Positions 24,555-33,426 of a DNA stretch of 59,109 nt are shown piece after piece. Source of the stretch: a virus; IMG/VR virus record IMGVR_UViG_3300029542_000004, positions 1 to 59,109 of that record; one strand, given 5' to 3'. Both the position numbers and the translations under genes were made by a program. The notes beneath the pieces were generated by a model that made no database searches, was not told where the DNA came from, and saw only the letters and a program-made list of their open reading frames with translations. Numbering within the stretch: the stretch's first letter is position 1; each line of letters starts with the position of its first letter.

Positions 24555-24870
24555 ATTTCTGCTCCAATAAATCAAATATTTTGTCAGCTGTGTATACAAT
24601 ATTCCGTCCGTACAAGCTCATAAAGTCTGCGATTATTTCCTCTGTTTCTATGTCAATGTCACAGCCATATGAGAATGAGTACACATGCACTAGCTCGTGA
24701 CATAGTATCTTGTCAGCCATGTAATCAGACACATTATCAGCTATCGTTACTGTTTTAGTTGTATTGTCGGTTACTCCCAAACTTATTGTGCCGTCCGACC
24801 GCCTTAATTCGCTCGATATTGGCTTTTTGAATTGTATGTGCCACAATATATCATTAACTCTTATATCCAT
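24547..24870 (-). CDS. HExxH metallopeptidase-like protein (ImmA/SprT-like)
   Basis: ILCHELVHVYSFSYG motif. Confidence 0.5.
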   Translation of the reverse strand: MDIRVNDILWHIQFKKPISSELRRSDGTISLGVTDNTTKTVTIADNVSDYMADKILCHELVHVYSFSYGCDIDIETEEIIADFMSLYGRNIVYTADKIFDLLEQKYG

Positions 24871-24922
24871 GCTTATACCCTCTGAAAATGGCTATGAGTA
24901 TTACTACCCATAGCCTTAATAA

Positions 24923-25576
24923 TTACAGTTTTGACGCAAGATTGCTCATCTTGGTGCGCAAAAGATTGCGTTCATCGGGCGTCATGTCATTCAAAAGCTC
25001 CGATATATCTCCACTCAATTCACGGATATACATGTCAAGGGCTTTCATTTTATGCTCTTTGTCCTCCGTAGAGGCTCCTTTGTGCATTTCCTTTGTCTCG
25101 GTATAATGTCTCTTTGCTCTGTCATAATTGCTTTCACTCACATGTGGTGCAATCGGTTCAGAGTAGTACATCTTTCCTCGGCTCTTATCCATGTCGCGCA
25201 TATACTCCATGTCGTTGTAGTTTACCGGCATGTGATAGTATGGTGGTTCAGTATATCCTCTGCGGATTCCCCTACCTTTTGGCGCAAATCTGCCGTTTGC
25301 ATAACGGTATTCATCATAGTATCTTCTACCGCCCTCTTCTCCGTATTCGTCTTTTAAGGCTCTAAGCAGTTCCTTATTGTACTCTTCTTCCTCTTCATCA
25401 GCCTTTTTCATAGCCTTGGAAATTATTGAGTGATACTCTGCTTCTGCAAGGTCTTTAATCATATCCACGACCTCACCCATTTCGGAAGTGTCAACATTTT
25501 CAATACCCTTTTCAAACTCATTGACAGCTTTCTCTGTAAGGCACTCCTGCATTTTGTGTATTCTTTCAATATGCAT
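24923..25576 (-). CDS. Acidic, Tyr/Arg-rich low-complexity protein
   Basis: EEEEEYNKE...GGRRYYDEYRYANGRFAPKGRG...PPYYHMPVNYNDMEYM. Confidence 0.45.
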   Translation of the reverse strand: MHIERIHKMQECLTEKAVNEFEKGIENVDTSEMGEVVDMIKDLAEAEYHSIISKAMKKADEEEEEYNKELLRALKDEYGEEGGRRYYDEYRYANGRFAPKGRGIRRGYTEPPYYHMPVNYNDMEYMRDMDKSRGKMYYSEPIAPHVSESNYDRAKRHYTETKEMHKGASTEDKEHKMKALDMYIRELSGDISELLNDMTPDERNLLRTKMSNLASKL

Positions 25577-25587
25577 CTTCTCACCCC

Positions 25588-26007
25588 CTACGCTTCACGA
25601 ACAGCAATTAAGTTACTATTCTGTACTTCAATAGCCTGCGTAGATGTATTCTGCACTGCTACAGTACTGCAACAGTTACAAGGTACATCCACGTATGCCT
25701 GTGCAGAGACGTTAAACATATTCAAAACTGCTGCCGGAGTAACTATCATTCTTGTAGACTGTAAAGGCTCTCCATCTACTGCAATGGCAAGTGAGATAGC
25801 TTCTACTGTGCCACCTGTAGGTATCTGAATGTTGCCGGAATACGATACTAAAAATCTAGCCTTGCACTGATTTGTAATACCTCTTAGCTTGATAATTCCG
25901 CTTCCAGTCCTGTGTACGATACATTTTGTTCCGTTTACGGCTGTCTCTGTAAATGCCACATCTTCTCCGGCTGAAACAGTCTGTAATGCAATTCCTGTTA
26001 TTTCCAT
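25588..26007 (-). CDS. Beta-rich protein, possibly with a C1q/BclA-C-terminal-like fold
   Basis: The start is at MEITGIAL, behind AGAGAGG. Alternating beta pattern with an NCC motif. The fold assignment is only a weak impression. Confidence 0.35.
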   Translation of the reverse strand: MEITGIALQTVSAGEDVAFTETAVNGTKCIVHRTGSGIIKLRGITNQCKARFLVSYSGNIQIPTGGTVEAISLAIAVDGEPLQSTRMIVTPAAVLNMFNVSAQAYVDVPCNCCSTVAVQNTSTQAIEVQNSNLIAVREA

Positions 26008-26247
26008 TATCTTTACCTCTCTTTCACAAAATAAGGGCAAACATTATAGTCTGCCCTTTATCTTCCCAACATTTGTGTCGGTAACATCAAGTAATACTGT
26101 TTAGCAGACATAATCTCGACTAACTCTCGACTAAACTTGGACTAATCCTCGACTAAAAATGGTTTTTAATCGGTTTAGATTGAGTTAAACTCAATTAAGA
26201 TACTCAATTATTTATTTTTGCGTAGCTGCTATTTTTAGCTGCTACTT

Positions 26248-27021
26248 TTAGCAGCCACATCCGGTATTGCATCCGCATCCGTAAGCATATCCGTAAAGGT
26301 TGCTTGCCGGGAATGATGGTACCGGTGTAGGTCTTACTGCATCAATAATCTGATTTGTCTGCGCTGCCATTGTGGTAGTCAAAAGTGCGTTCTGTCTATC
26401 CTGTGAAGCAGCTCTGCGTAAATCATTATTCTCTGCCTGTAATGTAGCTATCTTGTCATTAGTCAGGAAATCAAGGATAGCTCTCGTTCCTGCCTGCTGG
26501 CTGTCAATAATATCTCTTGTATTATTGTTCATTGTGTTCTGCAAAGCGCAGGTGTTGGTTGCCATATTGTAGTTTACGCCCTGAATGGCTTCTCTTGTCT
26601 CGCAGCAACAGTTGGCAAGCTGTGACTGTAAAGCGTTTGTATTCTGCATATTAGCGACTGTATCAGCGTTGATAGCCTGTTGGATGCCGAAGCCTGTCTG
26701 CATGATATTTGTGTTAATACCGTTAAAGCCTGTGAGCATACTATTGTTCATAGCATAAAAGCCATCGCATAAGCCGTTTGAGATACCATCAAGTTTTGAG
26801 ATAACCGCCTGGTTGTCAAAACCTCTCTGAATTTCACTGCCGACACCACCATTCATTCCGTTTCCTCCGAATCCGTTACCGAATCCACCCCATCCGAAGA
26901 TAGCAAAGATGACGATAATAAACCATAACCATGAGCCTTCTGCGCCCCATCCGTTGTTATTTCCGTTTCCGTCAATGTTCGCAACGAGCGGAACGGATGC
27001 ACAATTACCTGTGTTAAACAT
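26248..27021 (-). CDS. Gly/Asn-rich membrane protein with a Cys-rich C-terminus
   Basis: TM helix WLWFIIVIFAIFGW, then GFGNGFGGNGMNGG, an internal NCCCE and the terminal GCGCNTGCGC. The start is at the ATG behind GGAGGTAAA. Confidence 0.45.
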   Translation of the reverse strand: MFNTGNCASVPLVANIDGNGNNNGWGAEGSWLWFIIVIFAIFGWGGFGNGFGGNGMNGGVGSEIQRGFDNQAVISKLDGISNGLCDGFYAMNNSMLTGFNGINTNIMQTGFGIQQAINADTVANMQNTNALQSQLANCCCETREAIQGVNYNMATNTCALQNTMNNNTRDIIDSQQAGTRAILDFLTNDKIATLQAENNDLRRAASQDRQNALLTTTMAAQTNQIIDAVRPTPVPSFPASNLYGYAYGCGCNTGCGC

Positions 27022-27074
27022 AGAATTTACCTCCATAATTCATTTTTATATACATAATCTTGCAAGAATTAGTA

Positions 27075-27302
27075 TCACATTCCTAATTGACTTTTAAACG
27101 ACTCAAAAGCCTTATCTGCGTCAATTCCCTTTTCTTTGCACAAATTCCTAGCCATCTGTTCAATGCCCTTGGAATCCCCTTTTTGAGCCATCTGCATAGC
27201 ATTTCTAGCCATTGGATTGCTCATTACACTGTTATTCCCCACTATCTGTTGTAAAAACTGCTGTGGGTTTTTCATGCCTTGTAACATCTGCATAGGATTC
27301 AT
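27075..27302 (-). CDS. Met/Gln-rich small protein
   Basis: MNPMQMLQGMKNPQQFLQQ... Confidence 0.45.
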   Translation of the reverse strand: MNPMQMLQGMKNPQQFLQQIVGNNSVMSNPMARNAMQMAQKGDSKGIEQMARNLCKEKGIDADKAFESFKSQLGM

Positions 27303-27823
27303 TAAGACTCACTCTCCTTTTGCGTCCTTGAAGCTTTTCTCTGTGTTCCTAAAGATTTATCAAATCTATCTTCTAACTGCCCTATCTTCTCTGATAACTC
27401 TTCAAACTTATTCAGAAATAGCTGTGTACTTTCGTCTGATAGGGTAAATTTGGTATTTTCTGTATTAACCATAGAATTTACTGTCTGATTATCTTTAGGG
27501 GCTGTATAAGGCTTATACACAATCGTGTTGATAGTTCCGTCAGCATTCCAACCCTTAACATATATCTCCGACATATCCTGCTTCGGGAAAAATGCCATTG
27601 AGCCATCCATAGGAACCTCGTTAGCGTTGATATTTTCAACTGCCTGTACAATTCTTCCGTTAATGCCTGCTATCTGCTGTGGCATAGGCTGCTGATTCAT
27701 CTGCATAGGCTGCTGTTGTAAGCTCTGCTGATAATTTTGCAAAAAGTTCATTCTATCCATATACGGATTTTGAGATTGCACATAAGGATTATTCATCATA
27801 GGTGCCTGATAAGGATTGTTCAT
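27302..27823 (-). CDS. Protein with a Q/N/P/M-rich N-terminus and a globular C-terminus
   Basis: MNNPYQAPMMNNPYVQSQNPYMD...QQQPMQMNQQPMPQQ, then a structured domain. Confidence 0.45.
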   Translation of the reverse strand: MNNPYQAPMMNNPYVQSQNPYMDRMNFLQNYQQSLQQQPMQMNQQPMPQQIAGINGRIVQAVENINANEVPMDGSMAFFPKQDMSEIYVKGWNADGTINTIVYKPYTAPKDNQTVNSMVNTENTKFTLSDESTQLFLNKFEELSEKIGQLEDRFDKSLGTQRKASRTQKESES

Positions 27824-27941
27824 TGTCTGCCTCCTCTAAAACTTCCTCTATTGCTTTAATGACAAGAGATAATGTCATCAGGTCGATTTTTTGTAACTCA
27901 CTTTTAGCAAATATTTGTTCTCTCACTTCATCGTCAAACAT
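27789..27941 (-). CDS. Small acidic protein (50 aa)
   Basis: Hand-translated as MFDDEVREQIFAKSEL... RBS AAGGAGA. Confidence 0.35.
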   Translation of the reverse strand: MFDDEVREQIFAKSELQKIDLMTLSLVIKAIEEVLEEADNEQSLSGTYDE

Positions 27942-27973
27942 AACATCATCTCCTTATGCCTAAATTGTGGCAT

Positions 27974-28006
27974 AAAAAAAGAGAAGAGCATTCCCATGTT
28001 CTTCTC
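27974..28006 (-). terminator. Intrinsic terminator downstream of int and attP
   Basis: Stem GAGAAGAGCA (27981-90) / TGTTCTTCTC (27997-28006), followed on the minus strand by T7. Confidence 0.6.
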
Positions 28007-28044
28007 ATATTTGTGTCATATAATGGCTTTTCTATATACAATTT

Positions 28045-28321
28045 TTACTACACACTTTTTGGGGTGGTTACTACACAGTTACTACACACTTTTTGTATTA
28101 AAATACATTAAAATACATAGAATTTTATATTTTTTACGATTTTACGAAAACTCCGCAGACCCTTTATTTTCCTAGGATTGCGCCATTATTTACGAAATCG
28201 TATGGCACTCCTTGATATACATAGTAGTTAAGCCAGTTTTAGTACAAAAATGCCCTACGAGCGTTGGTTTTTCAACATTCTGTAAATTGAGAGTGTGTAC
28301 TACTACACACTTGCTACACAC
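28045..28321. repeat. attP region with arm-type repeats (T)TACTACACA
   Basis: Direct copies at 28045-54, 28068-77 and 28079-88, and again at 28301-10 and 28311-21, plus an inverted GTGTGTA at 28293-99. They flank an AT-rich core next to the int stop. Confidence 0.45.
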
Positions 28322-29501
28322 ATTTTCTTCTATATTCTATGATTTTGTTGTCGGTGCTAACGATTTTTTCAATGTCAGCAAACGACTTTTCGGGTGTAAC
28401 ATGTGTATACAAGTCCATTGTCATTTTCAGTGTTGCATGACCCAAATATGATTGAACGACTTTCGGCTCTATTCCTGACTCAAAACATCTTGTCGCAAAC
28501 GTATGTCTAAATGTGTGACCGCTAAAAAATGGAAATTCATTGTCACTGCTTCTTGTGTCATTTATCCGTCTTACAACCGAACGTATAGAGTCGCTATATA
28601 TAACCGAATTAATCGGTGTATTGAACCTTGTAACAAACAAATATTCGTTCTGCTCTTTGGGTCTGCGTGCTGAAACTATCTTTTTAAGCTCAAATTGTTT
28701 CGTCAGATATTCCCTGCACACACTATTAATTGGTACGTGTCGGTAACTCTGTTTGGTTTTTGGTGGCTCAACATGAAATGTCTTGCCTTTATCTTCGAGG
28801 TATTTCTGATACACAAGTGTCTTATTAACATCAATATATCCCTCGTCCATATGTATATCTGCAATCGTGAGCGCAAACAGTTCTCCTGGGCGCAAGCCTG
28901 TATTAACTGCCACATTATACATGTTGTCGTAAAAAGTGCCTTTGCACGCTTCAAAAAATTCGCTCTGTTGCTCTACCGTCAATGCAAATGCATTAACTTC
29001 CTTGTCTGCCCTCAACTTTACACCTTTCGCTGGATTCTTAATCATCAGGTCATCTTCCATAGCTCTACTAAACATGTCATTTAAAATAACCTTGATTTTG
29101 CTCTGCCTCTCATACTTATAATTATCGTCAGAAGCTTTGTCGATAAGTAACTGCACATCTGACTTGCGAATAGATGTTATTTCGTGGTTTCCTAGGTATG
29201 GTGAGATGTTCTTCTTATATATATGTGTGTACTCCCTAATGGTATTGGGGCGCACTCTTTTTTTCTTGTATACGCTCATCCACCTGTCAAACCACACATC
29301 AAGAGTAATGCTGTCTCTAACACTTGTGAATTGTTGATTGTCGGTCACTGCTTTGCTAAGCTCCTTTCGCAGTTCCGACAACTTGCTATTGTAGATTGTC
29401 TTGTTCTTGCCGAACCTATCTTTGTATCTGCCCTGATAAAGTCCGTCCTTGCGCTGGGTTATTCCGACTCCCAGCTCTTTTCCTCTCAAATCCTTTCCCA
29501 T
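28314..29501 (-). CDS. int: Tyrosine integrase
   Basis: C-terminus HTFRHTFATRC...LGHATLKMTMDLYTHV carries the R-H-R-Y catalytic signature. The N-terminus has a SAM-like domain. Confidence 0.9.
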   Translation of the reverse strand: MGKDLRGKELGVGITQRKDGLYQGRYKDRFGKNKTIYNSKLSELRKELSKAVTDNQQFTSVRDSITLDVWFDRWMSVYKKKRVRPNTIREYTHIYKKNISPYLGNHEITSIRKSDVQLLIDKASDDNYKYERQSKIKVILNDMFSRAMEDDLMIKNPAKGVKLRADKEVNAFALTVEQQSEFFEACKGTFYDNMYNVAVNTGLRPGELFALTIADIHMDEGYIDVNKTLVYQKYLEDKGKTFHVEPPKTKQSYRHVPINSVCREYLTKQFELKKIVSARRPKEQNEYLFVTRFNTPINSVIYSDSIRSVVRRINDTRSSDNEFPFFSGHTFRHTFATRCFESGIEPKVVQSYLGHATLKMTMDLYTHVTPEKSFADIEKIVSTDNKIIEYRRKCV

Positions 29502-29585
29502 ACTGATTTATGGCTCCTTTCAAAATTAAAAGCCATTATATGATAATTTCTATATTACTACATAATGGCTTATAATTCAATATAT

Positions 29586-29987
29586 CTATATGCTATCTGT
29601 CTTTTCGAGATATTTCTCAAACTCCTTGCGCTTGACTAATCGCTTGCCTCTTCCAACAAAAAGTACAAAAGGGCATGAGGGATTATTAAGCATTTCATTG
29701 ATTCTGTTAATTCCGATATTACTGTATTCCACAGCCTCATCAATTGTCAGCGTTACTTTTTCCCATATTGGCACTTTGTTAATCATTGCCTGACTCCTTT
29801 CTATCTTTTCTTTAATGTCTGCCACTCTCCGGGAAGTGGTTGTTTTTGAAATTAATAATCTCTGCGATACCTCTTCAAGGCTTTTGTCAGCAACTAGCAA
29901 TTTAAAAACTTCCGCTTCTTCATCGGTGAAATTGGCATTTTTCATAATTTCTTCAAGTTCCGGCTTAGTAAGTTTTGAAAACTTCAT
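29586..29987 (-). CDS. Excisionase-like / dual-HTH recombination directionality factor candidate
   Basis: N-terminal sigma-r4/LuxR-like HTH (EEVSQRLLISKTTTSRRV) and a C-terminal excisionase-type HTH (LTIDEAVEYSNIGINRINEM). Adjacent to int. Confidence 0.5.
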   Translation of the reverse strand: MKFSKLTKPELEEIMKNANFTDEEAEVFKLLVADKSLEEVSQRLLISKTTTSRRVADIKEKIERSQAMINKVPIWEKVTLTIDEAVEYSNIGINRINEMLNNPSCPFVLFVGRGKRLVKRKEFEKYLEKTDSI

Positions 29988-30122
29988 AAGCCTATCTCCT
30001 ATTCTTCGGTTTTGTTTGCACTGTGTATACAAGTATTCGAGTATCGGCATGAACTGTTACACGGCTTGTTGCCCTTGTATACACATTGTCTTTCAATTGG
30101 CTCTATATCACTTATAGTTCTG

Positions 30123-31286
30123 CTATTCATCTGCGCTCCCATCTCCTTGCTTGATATTCAAATTCTTAAACATGGCACACATAACATCTACAACTATACT
30201 GTTTCCAAACTGCTTGTATAACTGCGTGTTACTGTTTACTGCTGCCATTTTGGATATGCCCTCGTCTGATACTCCCATAAGCCTGCCACATTCTCTCGGT
30301 GTTAGCTTTCTGATGCGATATTGTGTAGCAATATGGTTATTTGCATATCCGTGTGTGCCAGCTACAAGATTAGCTGATATGCCGTTATCAGAAATAACCG
30401 TACCACATTGGGAACCATTGCTTGATATTTGACCGACTTTTTGGATATTATTTTCAAGCAATAAATTATCCTTTTGTACTGTTGTCAGCGTATTAGATAT
30501 ATTATCTTGCCTAGGTTCTAATTCTGTCATATTATGTCTGCTCTCCTGTACCTGTCCGCTTTCATATGCTTTTCTTATTTGTTTGCCGTATTCCGTGCGC
30601 TTTGGTGTTAATACCTGACTTTCCATAACAAGGTTATCTTTCTGCACACTTGTCAGACAATTACTGGTTCCTTGCGTATTCACTTCTAACCTCTGTTCTG
30701 TCGGACTACCAACGGACCTGTCAGACGGATTATCAGGATTTCTGCCACGCATAGCAACTATGCGCATATTGTCTTTATGACTACCTATGCCTTTATAATA
30801 TCGTGATGTCACTGTGCTTGCAGTAGGTGTATTAATGTCACATATTTCCGCATTATCTAAGCTGTCTAAGTGTCCGTTAGGCATTTTATCTAATTTGCAT
30901 GGAATTTGCTCTTCAAGAATTTTCGGCTCTTGATTACCGCCTTGCATTGTACTCAATGTTGGACTACACCCCCTCGTATCATAAATTCTGCCAGTTTGAG
31001 GATTTCTGAAATTCTTTTCCTCGGCTATGTTGCCTATCTGTACCACTTCCATAACACTTCTCGGTTTCTTATATTCTCTTGCCGTAATTGATGGCATTAT
31101 GTCCGTGTAAGTTCTCCATTTTCCATTTTCAAGCCCTCTTTGACTACCGTCTAAGATTATTTGTTCCATAAATACTACTCCTAAATCGTGTTTTTCAGCT
31201 TTTACACATCGGGAAATCCCCCCCTCAATAATGCCTTTTTGAAATCTGTCTGAAACTTCTGTATATATGCTTCCTAATACTTCCAT
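30123..31286 (-). CDS. C5 DNA methyltransferase, C-terminal fragment (multiple TRD-like blocks plus motifs IX-X)
   Basis: RKLTPRECGRLMG and GNSIVV at the end. Repeated TRD-like blocks: SITAREYKK, SPTLSTMQGG, TSRYYKG, LTSVQKDN, LTTVQKDN. Confidence 0.75.
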   Translation of the reverse strand: MEVLGSIYTEVSDRFQKGIIEGGISRCVKAEKHDLGVVFMEQIILDGSQRGLENGKWRTYTDIMPSITAREYKKPRSVMEVVQIGNIAEEKNFRNPQTGRIYDTRGCSPTLSTMQGGNQEPKILEEQIPCKLDKMPNGHLDSLDNAEICDINTPTASTVTSRYYKGIGSHKDNMRIVAMRGRNPDNPSDRSVGSPTEQRLEVNTQGTSNCLTSVQKDNLVMESQVLTPKRTEYGKQIRKAYESGQVQESRHNMTELEPRQDNISNTLTTVQKDNLLLENNIQKVGQISSNGSQCGTVISDNGISANLVAGTHGYANNHIATQYRIRKLTPRECGRLMGVSDEGISKMAAVNSNTQLYKQFGNSIVVDVMCAMFKNLNIKQGDGSADE

Positions 31287-31498
31287 TCAATCACTCCATT
31301 CATAAATTGATTCCCAAAACCTTTATAATCCCTCGCCATAAGAGTTGTTGCAATATCAATCTGCTTTTCAATCTGTGTTGCTTGATTGCTTAACAACAAG
31401 GTTTCCGTCTGACCGCAAGTTTGATATTCCGCAGTCGTATCTTGTCTTGATACAGTTTGCGACTTCTCTCTGTTGTGGTTTATTGATTGTTCCATCAA
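31274..31498 (-). CDS. C5 methyltransferase internal fragment (one TRD-like block), out of frame with both neighbours
   Basis: IATTLMARDYKGFGNQ block. This frame is -1 relative to ORF 31495-32352, and ORF 30123-31286 is -1 relative to this fragment. Confidence 0.5.
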   Translation of the reverse strand: MMEQSINHNREKSQTVSRQDTTAEYQTCGQTETLLLSNQATQIEKQIDIATTLMARDYKGFGNQFMNGVIEWKY

Positions 31499-32352
31499 CG
31501 CAAGTCTGCTCTGCTCTGCTCTGCTCTGCTAGGGATTGTATCTGGCAATGTTCCGTTGTCAATAAGTGTCTGAATAAGTTTCTGTGCCTTTTCATTGTTA
31601 ATGTAGTATTTCTCGTCCACATTATCCTCTAAATAGTCCTTTAACCGCTTTGTGAGTGGTATAGGGTTAGGAAACTTGTAATTATATTCTCCTAAGAACG
31701 AGAACATAAAACATCTTTCCCTATTCTGTGCTACACCATAGTTTTTAGCGTTCAAGTCTTGATAGTAATTTGTGTAACCCAGGCTTTCAAGGAAATCTAG
31801 CCATTTTCTAAAGTCGGGCATATTATCCTGACTATGTACTTGTGGCACGTTCTCCATGAACAAAATCTGTGGCAATTCTCCGTTGCTATCTCTGATTTCT
31901 GTTAGTATTCTCTCAACTTCCCACAGTAGGCCGCTTCTTGTACCACTGCCCTTAGACATTCCGGCTTGTTTTCCGGCAACTGATAAATCCGTACAAGGGA
32001 ATGAGTAAGTAAGTAAGTAAGTGAATGCATTTGTGTCGCAGATATTCAAACCTTCTGCATGAACCTTTGTTATATCCATTGTAGGAAAATCTGTGCCATG
32101 CACTGCGTTATAGCTTGCTATGGCATACTTATCAAACTCCACAACTCTGTAATGCTCAAATTTAGCACCTATTCTCTTTAGTGCCATTGCCTGACTTCCG
32201 TAGCCAGCAAATAATTCTATCAAGCGGATAGGCTTTGTAATACTAATCGGTTCTCTTGTGAAGTCAAATAAAGACATTTGATTATCGCAAGAATAATTTT
32301 CAAAATTCATTTTCTCTTGCCAAAAGGAAACCTTGGTTTTATGTCGCGACAA
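31495..32352 (-). CDS. C5 DNA methyltransferase, N-terminal catalytic fragment (motifs I-VIII)
   Basis: LFAGYGS (I), FPCTDLS (IV), FMENVPQ (VI) and QNRERCF (VIII). The start codon is uncertain (TTG at 32352 or ATG at 32310). Confidence 0.8.
   Translation of the reverse strand: MSRHKTKVSFWQEKMNFENYSCDNQMSLFDFTREPISITKPIRLIELFAGYGSQAMALKRIGAKFEHYRVVEFDKYAIASYNAVHGTDFPTMDITKVHAEGLNICDTNAFTYLLTYSFPCTDLSVAGKQAGMSKGSGTRSGLLWEVERILTEIRDSNGELPQILFMENVPQVHSQDNMPDFRKWLDFLESLGYTNYYQDLNAKNYGVAQNRERCFMFSFLGEYNYKFPNPIPLTKRLKDYLEDNVDEKYYINNEKAQKLIQTLIDNGTLPDTIPSRAEQSRADLR
31506..31530 (-). repeat. Pentanucleotide repeat (AGCAG)x5 at the MTase frame junction
   Basis: Plus strand CTGCT x5, read directly. 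It encodes SRAEQSRA and is followed 8 codons later by the stop. Confidence 0.9.
32004..32022 (-). repeat. Tetranucleotide repeat (ACTT)x4.75 inside the MTase N-terminal fragment
   Basis: Plus strand AGTAAGTAAGTAAGTAAGT. It encodes TYLLTYS, just upstream of motif IV. Confidence 0.85.
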
Positions 32353-32375
32353 CCTATTCCTTTCTGATAAATTAA

Positions 32376-32531
32376 TTAATGTTTAATATTTTCACTACGC
32401 CACTGCTCTTGTATCTCATCATCGGTCTTATCTCGCCCACGAATGTCGTACCACGCAAACGCTACCTCTGTCAGCCCGATTATGCCGAATACTATGAGGG
32501 CAGTGTACACTGCTGTTGCTATGTTGGTCAT
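32376..32531 (-). CDS. Small membrane protein (51 aa)
   Basis: Hand-translated as MTNIATAVYTALIVFGIIGLTEVAFAWYD... RBS AAGGAGTGA. Confidence 0.4.
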   Translation of the reverse strand: MTNIATAVYTALIVFGIIGLTEVAFAWYDIRGRDKTDDEIQEQWRSENIKH

Positions 32532-32537
32532 TCTGTA

Positions 32538-32732
32538 TCACTCCTTAGTCTTAATATCCAAAGTGTTTTCAATCTCCCTCAAACTTTCCTGTACATCTGC
32601 AATCTGCAAATAACTAAACGGACTGTCGCAACCACTGACATAGTGATTGATTTCAACACATTTTTGATGGACTAATTGCTTTAGTTCGATTGCGAATTTC
32701 CTTTTTTCTCTTATTGCGTCACTCTCTGCCAT
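32538..32732 (-). CDS. Hypothetical protein
   Basis: ORF in operon orientation. Confidence 0.4.
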   Translation of the reverse strand: MAESDAIREKRKFAIELKQLVHQKCVEINHYVSGCDSPFSYLQIADVQESLREIENTLDIKTKE

Positions 32733-32733
32733 G

Positions 32734-33033
32734 TTATCCCTCGATTCCCGCAGTTTTGCTGTAAAGTCCTAGCTTTTTCATTTTTTTAAGAAAAAGCTTC
32801 ATTTCATATCCTGTAAGACCAACATTAGTGTTTCCAATCTTCTTTTCGTCCATCAAGTCTCTGTCGTATGACTGTAAGATGTGGCGGCCTGAAGCTTTAT
32901 GCCAAATGTCAACGCGCTGCCAATAATTGTACTTTGTATTGTAGCGTTCATATTGAGCACCATGCTTATCTTCACAGATTTTGTTGAATCCAATCTCTTT
33001 TAATTTTTCGTCTACGTTTTTAAATATTCTCAT
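32734..33033 (-). CDS. Hypothetical protein
   Basis: The start is moved to MRIFKNVDEK, right after the YopX stop. Confidence 0.4.
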   Translation of the reverse strand: MRIFKNVDEKLKEIGFNKICEDKHGAQYERYNTKYNYWQRVDIWHKASGRHILQSYDRDLMDEKKIGNTNVGLTGYEMKLFLKKMKKLGLYSKTAGIEG

Positions 33034-33034
33034 A

Positions 33035-33418
33035 TTATTCCTCACTTTCCAATAACCCTGCATTGTCAAAAATGTTGCCGATAACTTCATATTCAGTATC
33101 ATATTCAAGCCTGTGCTTATAATATTTTTCGCTAGGAATTGTACATATAATTTCAAAGTCTCTAAATGTTATTAGCACATTCACCTTGCTATTATTTATT
33201 TTTACAATATCATTCTCCCAAATCAACTTGCCGTTCTTGTCTTTTAAGCCTGTGCATTGGCAGATTGTGGATGTGTCTATTTCAATAGCATATAAATCAG
33301 ATGCATAACTTGGAACTATATAGTATTTTTCTTTTCCTGTATGTCCATATCTTATAATGTAGCCAACAACCCATTCTCCGTTATCAGTCCTCCTTGCCTT
33401 GTACAAATATCTGTCCAT
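33035..33418 (-). CDS. YopX-family protein (copy 1)
   Basis: MDRYLYKARR..GEWVVGY...CQCTGLKDKNGKLIWENDIV. Paralogous to 40735-41109. Confidence 0.65.
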   Translation of the reverse strand: MDRYLYKARRTDNGEWVVGYIIRYGHTGKEKYYIVPSYASDLYAIEIDTSTICQCTGLKDKNGKLIWENDIVKINNSKVNVLITFRDFEIICTIPSEKYYKHRLEYDTEYEVIGNIFDNAGLLESEE

Positions 33419-33426
33419 ACTCTCTC

